Positions 1 through 7,917 of a DNA stretch of 36,273 nt are shown piece by piece. Source of the stretch: an uncultured virus (IMG/VR IMGVR_UViG_3300031912_000001) (taxonomy: Duplodnaviria > Heunggongvirae > Uroviricota > Caudoviricetes); IMG/VR virus record IMGVR_UViG_3300031912_000001; one strand, 5' to 3'. A program made the translations under genes and the position numbers. How positions within the stretch are numbered: position 1 is the stretch's first letter; every line of letters begins with the position of its first letter. The notes beneath the pieces were generated by a model that had not been told where the DNA came from, did not search any database, and saw only the letters and a program-made list of their open reading frames with translations.

Positions 1-6
1 CGAGGG

Positions 7-498
7 ATGGGAGATCGACTACCGATGATGACCCGCTTCGAACGGCTTGTGGTCATCGTGATCCTCGCCAACACCGCCATGCTGGCGGTAAGCCTGTTCG
101 ACCATGACCACGAGAACTTCATCGAAGCCAGTCATGTTGGTTTCCTGACATTTTTCGGCGTCGAACTTGTCGTACGTCTCGGAGCCTGTGGTTGGAATCC
201 GTGCCGTTTTCTCCGCGAATCATGGTGGAACGGATTCGACGCTGTTGTGATCGTACTGTCGCTACTGCCGGTTATCGGTGCGAATCTCACTATTTTGCGC
301 GTCGCACGAGCGGCTCGGCTGCTGCATTTATTGCGTCACGTCGGGCATCTGAGATTAGCGACGGTGGTAGCTGTGCTGCGTCGCCGAGGAGCGACCTTAC
401 CTTGCCCTGCCTGGCCGAACCCTGGCGTTTCCAATCCTACGATTACCAGCACCGCTGTGACATCTGTCACACCCGATTCCACTACAGCACCGCTGTGA
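7..498 (+). CDS. Ion-transport family voltage-sensor-like domain (S1-S4 only, no pore); frame is open to the window edge so the start is uncertain
   Basis: Four hydrophobic helices with channel signatures: S2 FFGVELVVRL, S3 WNGFDAVVIVLS, S4 LRVARAARLLHLLRH (basic residue every third position). Confidence 0.75.
   Translation: MGDRLPMMTRFERLVVIVILANTAMLAVSLFDHDHENFIEASHVGFLTFFGVELVVRLGACGWNPCRFLRESWWNGFDAVVIVLSLLPVIGANLTILRVARAARLLHLLRHVGHLRLATVVAVLRRRGATLPCPAWPNPGVSNPTITSTAVTSVTPDSTTAPL
456..471. promoter_or_regulatory. Perfect CRP-family consensus palindrome TGTGA-N6-TCACA upstream of ku
   Basis: TGTGA catctg TCACA read directly; overlaps a CAGCACCGCTG dyad at 447-457. Confidence 0.45.
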
Positions 499-524
499 TA
501 CTCTGGTCTCACCCACGAGAAAGG
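485..524 (+). promoter_or_regulatory. Phage promoter motif (CAGCACCGCTG + TGn-TACTCT) followed by CCCACGAGAAAGG start-associated motif
   Basis: Same architecture recurs at 2245-2285 and 6269-6326; the promoter part alone recurs at 28986-29005. Confidence 0.75.
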
Positions 525-529
525 CAATC

Positions 530-1366
530 ATGAGAAGCATCAAGAAAGGCCCGATCCGATTCGGCCTGGTCGGCGTCGGCGTACGCATGTACACCGCCAC
601 CGAATCCCACGACATCGAATTCCACACCCACCACGCCGGCTGCCTGGGCGCGATCCGCCAGCTCCGCAAATGCGAAACCTGCGGCGAAATCGTGGAATAC
701 CACGACATCGTCTCCGGGCGCGAAGTCAACGGCCGGCTGGTCACCGTCACCAAAGACGAGCAGACCGCGCTCGAAGAGGAAGCCGGCAGCGGATTCGAGG
801 TGCTCGAATTCGTGCATCGCTCCGAGATTGATCCGATCATGTTCGAGGCGACGTACTACCTCGAACCTGAAGACCCGAAATCCAAGGCCAACGTCGAAGG
901 GTACGCCCTGCTGCGCACCGTGCTGGCCGAGTCCGACCGGGTCGGCATCGTGGAGTTCACCTACCGGCAGCGCACCCGCACCGGCGTGCTGCGCGTGCTG
1001 GGCGACGACACGCTCGCGATCCACACCATGCGCTGGATCGATGAGGTGCGTCCCACCGACGAGCTCAAGGGTGTCCACGAGAAAGTGGAGCTCAACCCGA
1101 AATTCGTCAAGACGGCCCACGCGGTGCTGGAGTCCATGCTCGGCGAGTTCGAGCCCGAGCAGTACGTCGACACCTACCGCGATCGGCTCTCGGCGCTGCT
1201 CGACGCGAAGGCCGCCGACGCCCCTTACGTCGCGGCGCCCGCCGAGCAGGCCACCGAGGATGTGTCTGATCTGCTGGCCGCGCTCGAAGCGTCAATCAAG
1301 CGTCACCCGGCCGGCAAGAAGCGCGCCCGCAAGGCGCCGGCGAAGAAGAAAGTAGGTGCGGCATGA
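530..1366 (+). CDS. ku: Ku DNA end-binding protein (NHEJ)
   Basis: MRSIKKGPIRFGLV..V.MYTATE start, EIDPIMFEATYYLEP, GYALLRTVL, FEPEQYVDTYR, VSDLLAALEAS and a basic C-terminal tail typical of prokaryotic Ku. Confidence 0.96.
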   Translation: MRSIKKGPIRFGLVGVGVRMYTATESHDIEFHTHHAGCLGAIRQLRKCETCGEIVEYHDIVSGREVNGRLVTVTKDEQTALEEEAGSGFEVLEFVHRSEIDPIMFEATYYLEPEDPKSKANVEGYALLRTVLAESDRVGIVEFTYRQRTRTGVLRVLGDDTLAIHTMRWIDEVRPTDELKGVHEKVELNPKFVKTAHAVLESMLGEFEPEQYVDTYRDRLSALLDAKAADAPYVAAPAEQATEDVSDLLAALEASIKRHPAGKKRARKAPAKKKVGAA

Positions 1367-1665
1367 GCATGGTTGGAACGTCCGTGCAGACCCCGGACGG
1401 TGTCGGCACGGTCATCGACCACGACTGGTGCGACGGCGACACCGGCGTGGGCATCAAGCAGTCCTGGGTCTATGACTGCGTGACGGTCCGCTTCCCCGAC
1501 GGCTCCGAGGACGTCTACGACGTCGAAGACGTCAGTGAAGTGCCCGAAATCCCGATGGCCGAACTGGTCACCGACCTGATCGTGAAACTGGACGCCGCTG
1601 GGCTGCTCGCCGAGCTGGAAGCCGTCGTCGAGCGTGCCCACAGCGCGAGGCAGCGCCGTGGCTAA
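1363..1665 (+). CDS. Hypothetical phage protein
   Basis: ATGA overlap with ku, GC3-rich codons. Confidence 0.7.
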   Translation: MSMVGTSVQTPDGVGTVIDHDWCDGDTGVGIKQSWVYDCVTVRFPDGSEDVYDVEDVSEVPEIPMAELVTDLIVKLDAAGLLAELEAVVERAHSARQRRG

Positions 1666-2044
1666 GGTCAAGGCCGGCGAACTGAAGCTCGGCGACTGGA
1701 TCGCCGGATACGGGATGGTCACCCGGATCACCAAAGGCAAGGACGCCGACTGGCTTGAGATCCGGCTGCTCGGCGCCCGCGTCAAAACGATCGCGCGGCG
1801 CATCGACACTGACGTTGAAGTCGGCGCCGACACGGTGGTCGTTGAGGTGATGCCAGCGTACCTGCGCGAGTCGCACCGCCAGGCCCGCAACTGGGGCGCC
1901 TACCCACACAACGGGGCGCGCCGCTACCTCGCCGAGCGCCTGTGGGCCGAGGAGCTCACCGTCGCCGCCGAGTACGACCACATCGTGCGCGACGCCACCG
2001 CGACTGACCTCGCTCAGTACGACGAGCTGCCGGAGTCATGGTGA
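1658..2044 (+). CDS. Hypothetical phage protein
   Basis: GTG start behind GAGG, overlaps the upstream stop. Confidence 0.65.
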   Translation: MAKVKAGELKLGDWIAGYGMVTRITKGKDADWLEIRLLGARVKTIARRIDTDVEVGADTVVVEVMPAYLRESHRQARNWGAYPHNGARRYLAERLWAEELTVAAEYDHIVRDATATDLAQYDELPESW

Positions 2045-2235
2045 GCCGGCGGCTGCAGTCGGTGGACACGCAGATCCTCATGGCGATCAGCGTGCTCGAA
2101 TCCCACCAGCGGCAGCGCCGCGCGCACCGCGCCGAGCTCGACCGGATTATCGCCGTGCGGCAACGCGAAATCGACAATCTCAGGGCGCAGCTCGCGGATT
2201 CCCGGGAAGGGGGAAACCCCGAATCCGAAAACTAA
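2038..2235 (+). CDS. Small coiled-coil hypothetical protein
   Basis: Coupled to the upstream gene; heptad-like helix. Confidence 0.6.
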   Translation: MVSRRLQSVDTQILMAISVLESHQRQRRAHRAELDRIIAVRQREIDNLRAQLADSREGGNPESEN

Positions 2236-2244
2236 CCCGACCAA

Positions 2245-2285
2245 CAGCACTGCTGTGATATGATTTGAACATCCCACGAGAAAGG
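2245..2285 (+). promoter_or_regulatory. Phage promoter motif (CAGCACTGCTG + TGa-TATGAT) plus CCCACGAGAAAGG
   Basis: Near-consensus extended -10 in an intergenic gap; repeat of the 485-524 architecture. Confidence 0.8.
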
Positions 2286-2292
2286 CAACCCA

Positions 2293-2388
2293 ATGATCGT
2301 CATGCTCCTCGCCCTGGCCGGCGTCTCCATCAGCGTCGGCGCCGTCGGTATCGGCCTCGCAGCCTGGGCACGCAAAGCCGGCCGCTGA
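2293..2388 (+). CDS. 31-aa single-TM peptide MIVMLLALAGVSISVGAVGIGLAAWARKAGR (not in ORF track)
   Basis: ATG 7 nt after CCCACGAGAAAGG; TGATG coupling to the next gene. Confidence 0.7.
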   Translation: MIVMLLALAGVSISVGAVGIGLAAWARKAGR

Positions 2389-2735
2389 TGACCGACATCC
2401 AGACCCGCTGGCCCCGCTCCAGCGCGGAGTGGCGCGAACGGCTGGTCGACCTCGTCCCCTGGTCCGACCCGGTGTACACCACCGAGGCCAGCGACAGCAT
2501 GCTCACCGTCATTCGCGTCGTCGCCGACGGGCTTGTCTCCCATCAGGTTTACGCTGTCGCCGACCACACCTGGGAGCTCATCGCGGTGCATGGGCTGTTC
2601 GTGGATGCGCTGCTAGCGGTGCGGGACTTCAAGACCTATCTGGCCGGCGGCGCCACGATCGCCGACTGGAGAGCCGCGCATCCGCACGGCATCGCACCCA
2701 GCCAACCGCTGTTCACGATCGAAAGGACACCGTGA
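2388..2735 (+). CDS. Hypothetical phage protein
   Basis: TGATG coupling; true start probably ATG 2388. Confidence 0.65.
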   Translation: MTDIQTRWPRSSAEWRERLVDLVPWSDPVYTTEASDSMLTVIRVVADGLVSHQVYAVADHTWELIAVHGLFVDALLAVRDFKTYLAGGATIADWRAAHPHGIAPSQPLFTIERTP

Positions 2736-2952
2736 TCTGTGACATGAACGGCTGGCTGCGTGATGAGATCCGCTTCGCCGAGAATGAGCGCGACCGCGCC
2801 GCGAATGCCGAGAATGAGCGCGACCGCGCCGCGAATGATCTCGACCGCGTGTACTGGGCGGGCTACTTGCGCGCTTTGCAAAGAGTCATGGATCACGTGT
2901 CCACCAAACGGACCCAACCAACCGCTGTTCACGATCGAAAGGACACCGTGAT
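2702..2952 (+). repeat. 35-bp exact direct repeat (2702-2736, 2918-2952) containing an RBS and start; 30-bp tandem duplication inside (2777-2836)
   Basis: CCAACCGCTGTTCACGATCGAAAGGACACCGTGAT x2; GCCGAGAATGAGCGCGACCGCGCCGCGAAT x2. Confidence 0.95.
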
Positions 2953-3241
2953 GACACCCGAAACCGCGGAGCTGGTGTGCGACAAGGCGCGCGCCGCGTT
3001 CGCGCGCAGCGACGGCGCACACGTCGATGACGCCGAGCTGGTCGACTTCAAGGACCACCGCTACGGCGGCAAGTACGTGCTGCTGCGTCGGGGCGGTGAG
3101 GTTGTGGCCATCTACAAGACGGTGGTCCGCATGGGGCCAGACAGAGCTGTTCGCCGCGACGGCGACATCGCATTCGAAGTCAACAGCATTTCTGTTGGCG
3201 TCAAGCGCATCAAACGCGCACCGAAAGGATTGATCAAATGA
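2732..3241 (+). CDS. Hypothetical protein with a second internal start at 2948/2951
   Basis: GTG 2732 and GTG/ATG 2948/2951 each follow an identical AAAGGA in the same frame. Confidence 0.6.
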   Translation: MICDMNGWLRDEIRFAENERDRAANAENERDRAANDLDRVYWAGYLRALQRVMDHVSTKRTQPTAVHDRKDTVMTPETAELVCDKARAAFARSDGAHVDDAELVDFKDHRYGGKYVLLRRGGEVVAIYKTVVRMGPDRAVRRDGDIAFEVNSISVGVKRIKRAPKGLIK

Positions 3242-3441
3242 AAACGCCGCTGTTCGACGTGATCATCACGGCCTACGTCGACACCGAAACCGGGCGACCT
3301 TCCCACACCATCCGCGCGGTGGCCCGCTACCGCGAGCACGACGGCGAGTTGATCGGGGAAGGCGGATTCGGTCCGCTCGATGAGGCGCTGGAATTCGCCC
3401 GCGAGAAGGTCACCGAGTTTCTGAAAGGAACCCAGGCATGA
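3238..3441 (+). CDS. Hypothetical phage protein
   Basis: AAAGGA RBS, ATGA overlap. Confidence 0.7.
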   Translation: MKTPLFDVIITAYVDTETGRPSHTIRAVARYREHDGELIGEGGFGPLDEALEFAREKVTEFLKGTQA

Positions 3442-3737
3442 TCACCGCGACCATCACCCTCGACATCGCCACATATGAGGGCAAAACATGGTTGGCCCGG
3501 ATCAGCGGGTATCCCGGCGGCAAATTCGGGTTCGATCGCGAGTTCGTCAACGCGATCAACCGCCACACCAGCCGCTCCGGGGCCACCGGCAGCGTCCAGT
3601 ACGAGGTCGAACCGGGCCTGTACGAATCCAACGAGGGCCGGCGCCGGCTCGGGCGCCGTTACTGGATCGTCGACGCGCAAGGCGACATCAGCGAGATCGA
3701 TCAGCATGAGGCCATCGAGAAAGCGAAAGCGCTATGA
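3438..3737 (+). CDS. Hypothetical protein
   Basis: AAAGGA RBS, ATGA overlap; WLARI...KFGFDREFV motif seen in mobile-element proteins. Confidence 0.75.
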   Translation: MITATITLDIATYEGKTWLARISGYPGGKFGFDREFVNAINRHTSRSGATGSVQYEVEPGLYESNEGRRRLGRRYWIVDAQGDISEIDQHEAIEKAKAL

Positions 3738-4072
3738 CCGCCGTACGTGATGAGGCCGCGTTCCTCGACGCCTGGCGCAAAGGTGTCGCGGTCGCCGGCT
3801 GGGAATTTTTCGGCGACGGGACCGGCGCCGGCACCTCCAAATGGGACTTCGCGCCGCGCATCGATGACATCGAACGCCGCATCGGTGTCCTGTCGTCGAC
3901 CGAAGCGATCTTCCTGGCGGCGATGGTGTCGTTCTACAACGACCGCATCGGCGGCGAAATGCTCGCCGACCTTGAGGGCCATCCCGCCGGCCTGGTCGCT
4001 GTGACCGCCGGTCTGGACGGCGCGCGGCGCCACATCATCGCCGACCTACTAATCGCCTACCCAGGATGGTGA
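3734..4072 (+). CDS. Hypothetical protein
   Basis: ATGA overlap, GC3-rich. Confidence 0.75.
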   Translation: MTAVRDEAAFLDAWRKGVAVAGWEFFGDGTGAGTSKWDFAPRIDDIERRIGVLSSTEAIFLAAMVSFYNDRIGGEMLADLEGHPAGLVAVTAGLDGARRHIIADLLIAYPGW

Positions 4073-4560
4073 CCGTGAAGATTACCGTGCGCGACGAAGC
4101 CTACGGCGACCGCCGCATCACCGTCTACGACGGCGCCTACGACGGCGAACCGCAACGCCGACAGCATCGCCGCGACGACCGTTTCGTCGGTGTCGCGCTT
4201 GAACCGGGCGAGTTGCACGACCTGGTCTCGACCGGCGACACGTACCGGGGCATGCTGCTGCGGCCCCGCACGATTCACATCCACTGGCACCGCGGTGACC
4301 AGCAATACGAAGGCGGAGCCTGGAGGAATCCCTACACCAGCACGCTCGGCCGTGAGATCCCGGCGCAGCGAAACGAGCAGTGGACGCTGGTCCGCGTCTA
4401 CGCCGAGGGGCTGAACATCAAGAAAAACGGTGAGCCCGGACAGATCCCCCTGATCGCCGGATTCGTGCACAGCAATGACCGCCCGGAGTTGATCGCTCGG
4501 CTGCTGGCCGAGCATGATCCGGCGGCGCACGGCTGGCCGCTGGACCGGCTGGAAATCTGA
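4066..4560 (+). CDS. Hypothetical phage protein
   Basis: Coupled ORF in the operon. Confidence 0.65.
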   Translation: MVTVKITVRDEAYGDRRITVYDGAYDGEPQRRQHRRDDRFVGVALEPGELHDLVSTGDTYRGMLLRPRTIHIHWHRGDQQYEGGAWRNPYTSTLGREIPAQRNEQWTLVRVYAEGLNIKKNGEPGQIPLIAGFVHSNDRPELIARLLAEHDPAAHGWPLDRLEI

Positions 4561-4916
4561 TGACCACCCCTATTCCCGTGAAGGTGCTGCTGCAACTGAA
4601 CCCGACGTTCCTGCCCTACGAGCCGGGGGATCAGATGGTGCTTGCGGTCACGTTCGACTGGCACTGCGGCGAAGACCGGCCGCAGCCCCACCGAGTCGGG
4701 ACGCTGCTTGAGGTGATCTTTCGGGAGCTGAACCTGGATGAGCATCACTGGCACTGGGCGGTGGAGTACCGCCGGCGCGGGCACCGCAGCCTGTCGGTGG
4801 GTGACGTGGTGCTCGTCGGCGAGCAGGCGTGGGCGGTTGAGCCGGTCGGCTGGAAGCAGATCAGAGTCGCCGCCGATCAGGTCTGGTACGACATGGGGAG
4901 GCTGGCCGATGGCTGA
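4560..4916 (+). CDS. Hypothetical phage protein (RSLSVGDVV motif)
   Basis: TGATG coupling; RSLSVGDVV resembles YodL-like motifs. Confidence 0.7.
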   Translation: MTTPIPVKVLLQLNPTFLPYEPGDQMVLAVTFDWHCGEDRPQPHRVGTLLEVIFRELNLDEHHWHWAVEYRRRGHRSLSVGDVVLVGEQAWAVEPVGWKQIRVAADQVWYDMGRLADG

Positions 4917-5229
4917 CGAGGTCAGATTCACCGATGGCTACATCATTCTCAAGCTTGTCGAACGCGCGAAGTGGCTCGATGAGCAGATCCGCCCGCTCGG
5001 CGGGATGCTGGGCCGATCGCGCCGTCACGGCTATACCCGCGTGGATCTGAAGACGGCGCGGGACGGGCTGCGCGGCGTGTTCGATTTCGTGGCTTGGGAT
5101 CTTATCGAGCGGCGCTGGCCCGACGACAGCGCGCGCCAGTACGTCCTCGACGTCATCGACAGAGCCGACCAACGACTCAACGAAAGGAATACTTCCGCGG
5201 CGGCTGCCCCGACTGCGGCGCCGACATGA
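4909..5229 (+). CDS. Hypothetical phage protein
   Basis: GGAGG RBS before ATG 4909. Confidence 0.6.
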   Translation: MADEVRFTDGYIILKLVERAKWLDEQIRPLGGMLGRSRRHGYTRVDLKTARDGLRGVFDFVAWDLIERRWPDDSARQYVLDVIDRADQRLNERNTSAAAAPTAAPT

Positions 5230-5465
5230 TGCGCCACGGGAGCCCCGCCGTGCGGATGGTCAAAGGCGACCGGGTGCGGGTGCTGCCGATGACCAACCGC
5301 ACTGGCTACGCCTACCTGGACGCCGACCGCGCCGAATACGACGGCGCCACCGGCACCGTGGACCGGCTCGTCGTCGACGATCAGGTCATCGTCTACGCGG
5401 TCGACGTCGACGGCTGCGCACACCAGATGCACTTCGACGCGAATGAACTGGAGGAACTCCGATGA
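5226..5465 (+). CDS. Small SH3/KOW-like hypothetical protein
   Basis: KGDRVRV...GTVDRL pattern; ATGA overlap. Confidence 0.55.
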   Translation: MMRHGSPAVRMVKGDRVRVLPMTNRTGYAYLDADRAEYDGATGTVDRLVVDDQVIVYAVDVDGCAHQMHFDANELEELR

Positions 5466-6130
5466 GCAACGCCGTGGTGAACTGGCTCGACACGATCGTC
5501 CGCGCGCAGAAAGCGTTGCAGGACGCCCGCAACGCGGTGTTCGTGCTGGACCGCATCGCCAACCGCTACAGCGACCCGGAAAGCGCTGACTACTCCAGCG
5601 ACGCCGAGGTCGCGTTCGACCGCGACGGGCTGGGATTCCGCATCGCCGCGCTGCGGGCGCGCAACATCCGGCTGGCCGCGCAACTAGTCGAGGCGACCGA
5701 GAACGGCGAGGGCGTCGGCATGATCATCGGCCACCTTGAAAGCATCACCGCCGCCGCGCGCAGCCTACTGGTCGACGCCGAAGCGCTCGTCGGTGAGAAG
5801 GCGGGGTCGCGGTCCGCGCCGACGGCAACATCGTGTGCGGCGCCTACGACGGCTACGGCCGCCTCCACGACGACAACGGTGTCATCGTCGCCGGCGAACG
5901 CGGCTACACCGAACCCGACGAACACGGCCACATCACCATGTACACCATCACCGAGCCGGTGTGCGCGTGGACCGAAAACAACGACGGCCCCACCGTGTGG
6001 CACCACACCTGCTGGCTGCTCGCCGGTTCACCCGGCGACTACCGGGGCCAGTCCGCGAACGCGGCCGACCAGGGCCACTTCTTCGAAGAGGGCACCTACG
6101 ACATCCCTGAACCGTCATGAACCTGCGTGA
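5462..6130 (+). CDS. Hypothetical protein whose C-terminal half is off-frame read-through
   Basis: GGAGG RBS; after ~5800 the translation becomes T/A/P/S-rich, typical of an off-frame read. Confidence 0.5.
   Translation: MSNAVVNWLDTIVRAQKALQDARNAVFVLDRIANRYSDPESADYSSDAEVAFDRDGLGFRIAALRARNIRLAAQLVEATENGEGVGMIIGHLESITAAARSLLVDAEALVGEKAGSRSAPTATSCAAPTTATAASTTTTVSSSPANAATPNPTNTATSPCTPSPSRCARGPKTTTAPPCGTTPAGCSPVHPATTGASPRTRPTRATSSKRAPTTSLNRHEPA
5797..6120 (+). pseudogene. N-terminally truncated phage gene (G.YDGYGR...DQGHF protein)
   Basis: GC3-rich frame begins after TGA 5794 with no RBS-linked start. Confidence 0.5.
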
Positions 6131-6135
6131 ATAGA

Positions 6136-6174
6136 AACGGCCCCGGTTGGGGGAATCGCCACACCGGGGCCGTT
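6136..6174. terminator. Intergenic hairpin, probable intrinsic terminator
   Basis: AACGGCCCCGGT...ACCGGGGCCGTT 12-bp perfect stem after the operon end. Confidence 0.75.
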
Positions 6175-6268
6175 AGTGAATTTGAAATCTCACCCCGCTC
6201 TGCGCGGGGCTCCCACGAGAAAACGAATTCGTCTGAAGCGTAGCACCGGCATACCATGTCCAACACAT

Positions 6269-6326
6269 CAGCAGTGCTGTGTTACAGTCCCGGTGGTGGC
6301 TCCGGCCCCGTTCCCACGAGAAGGAG
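6269..6326 (+). promoter_or_regulatory. Phage promoter motif (CAGCAGTGCTG + TGt-TACAGT) plus CCCACGAGAAGGAG
   Basis: Third copy of the conserved architecture. Confidence 0.75.
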
Positions 6327-6332
6327 ATGTTG

Positions 6333-6653
6333 ATGGCCCGCACAGTGCGGCCGTTCTTCGCTGCCCTGCCCGCCGAGTACCGCGAGTGCCGCGTCACCAT
6401 GCGGCACCGCTACGACTCCCACAACGTGATCGAACACAAGAAGGACAAGGAGCTCGAAGTGATCGAAGTGTGTTCGGTCTGCGGGGCGCAGCGCACCCAG
6501 ATACTCGACCTGCGTGACCGCTTCTACGGGCAGATCAAACCCAGCCGCACCCGGATGCGTCACCCGCAGGGATATTTGGCGCCGGCCCACAGCGGCGGCT
6601 GGATGACCGTCGAAGAACGCGGGGTGCTGCGCATGGCGAGGCTGGGCTACTGA
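6333..6653 (+). CDS. Hypothetical Zn-binding phage protein
   Basis: AAGGAG RBS; C-x5-H...CxxC. Confidence 0.7.
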   Translation: MARTVRPFFAALPAEYRECRVTMRHRYDSHNVIEHKKDKELEVIEVCSVCGAQRTQILDLRDRFYGQIKPSRTRMRHPQGYLAPAHSGGWMTVEERGVLRMARLGY

Positions 6654-6826
6654 TGAACATCGGAGACCGGGTCACCGTCGACGCTCGAAACAGAAACAGC
6701 CACGGCTGGCACGGCGTGGTCGACGGGTTCAACCACATACCGGGCCAGATGCGTGTGCGGGTCCGCTTCGCCGACAAGGGCGGCATGATGATGACCTATC
6801 TAGCGTCGGAGCTGGTGATCGCGTGA
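6653..6826 (+). CDS. 57-aa SH3/KOW-like protein MNIGDRVTV... (not in ORF track)
   Basis: TGATG and GTGA couplings fill the gap exactly. Confidence 0.7.
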   Translation: MNIGDRVTVDARNRNSHGWHGVVDGFNHIPGQMRVRVRFADKGGMMMTYLASELVIA

Positions 6827-7272
6827 GCAAGGAAATCCTCATCCGGCTGCGCGACGACCTCGACGGCAGCATGGGCGACGATGTGGAAACGATCCCGTTC
6901 GCCTACCGTGGTGTCGCCTACGAGATTGAACTGTCGCCGGCCAACGCCGCCTACATGGACTCGCGGATAGCGCCGTTCATCGACGCCGGGCGCAAAGCAC
7001 CGCCGCCGCCGAAGAAAGCCAAGAAGAAACCTGTCCCAGCGCCGGCGCCGGTGATGCCCGCCAACGGCGGCGCCAAGGTTTACAGCAAGGCCCAGCGTGA
7101 CGCGATCCGCGCCTGGGCCAACGAGAACGGCATCCCCGTCGCCGAGAAAGGCTATCTACCGCGGGCCGCCATCGACGCCTACGAACGGGGCTGCACCCAC
7201 CCCCGCATCTACAAGAGCGGTGCCCGCCAGGGCGAATGCAGAACATGTCACCAGCAGGTAGAGGAGAAATGA
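6823..7272 (+). CDS. lsr2: Lsr2-like nucleoid-associated protein
   Basis: DDLDG...FAYRGVAYEIELS..NA dimerisation domain; AIRAWA.ENG..V..KGYLP..AIDAY DNA-binding domain. Confidence 0.92.
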   Translation: MSKEILIRLRDDLDGSMGDDVETIPFAYRGVAYEIELSPANAAYMDSRIAPFIDAGRKAPPPPKKAKKKPVPAPAPVMPANGGAKVYSKAQRDAIRAWANENGIPVAEKGYLPRAAIDAYERGCTHPRIYKSGARQGECRTCHQQVEEK

Positions 7273-7321
7273 TGGTCACGATGACACGCCGGCGGCCTGG
7301 CTGGAGGAAGAGGAACAACTG

Positions 7322-7555
7322 ATGCGTATCAACAAAGAGCGAATCGCCCGCGCCGCCGTCGACCTCGAGATGACCGGGCACGATTCCCACATAACCATGC
7401 CCGACCTCGAGAAGGAAGCCACCGACGCCACCGACAAGGAGTTCGATGACGCGCTTGAGGGTGCATGGATCGACTTGGACGACGCGCATAACAAGCGGAC
7501 GAAGGCCCACCTCGACATCGCTCAGTGGAAAGAAGAACTGGCGGCCGCGAAATGA
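7322..7555 (+). CDS. Hypothetical helical protein
   Basis: GGAGG/GAGG upstream. Confidence 0.6.
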   Translation: MRINKERIARAAVDLEMTGHDSHITMPDLEKEATDATDKEFDDALEGAWIDLDDAHNKRTKAHLDIAQWKEELAAAK

Positions 7556-7917
7556 GGATCAAAGCCAAGAATCCGCGGCGCACCACCGCCTATTACGACG
7601 AGCCCTATACTGTCCAGCACTTCGTGGATTGGGCCTGGGAGCTGATAGCCGACATCCCCCGGTTCTTCTGGTTCAGCTTCCGGTACTGGACCAGCAAGTC
7701 GTTTCGCATCGAGCGGGCCCGCGAGTACAACCGCGCGTTTTTCGGCGAGATCCCCACGTCGCAGATCTACGAACGCCACTACAGCCGTGACCCCGCCCGG
7801 CTCTACGAGGCGCTCGCCCGTCAGGCCGAGCGTGAGCAACCGCGTGAAGACGACAAGTTCAGCGATCACGGCAACGTGCGCCAACTGCGCCCAGAGGAAA
7901 GGACGTGGCCCGAATGA
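7552..7917 (+). CDS. Hypothetical phage protein
   Basis: ATGA overlap. Confidence 0.65.
   Translation: MRIKAKNPRRTTAYYDEPYTVQHFVDWAWELIADIPRFFWFSFRYWTSKSFRIERAREYNRAFFGEIPTSQIYERHYSRDPARLYEALARQAEREQPREDDKFSDHGNVRQLRPEERTWPE

Noticed and set aside
1..530. Prophage attachment site at the left edge
   Set aside because: No integrase, tRNA or att core repeat is visible in the window
7259..7322. Possible +1 frameshift from lsr2 (AAA TGA) into the next ORF, whose upstream frame looks protein-like
   Set aside because: Poor tRNA re-pairing, and the downstream ATG 7322 has its own good RBS
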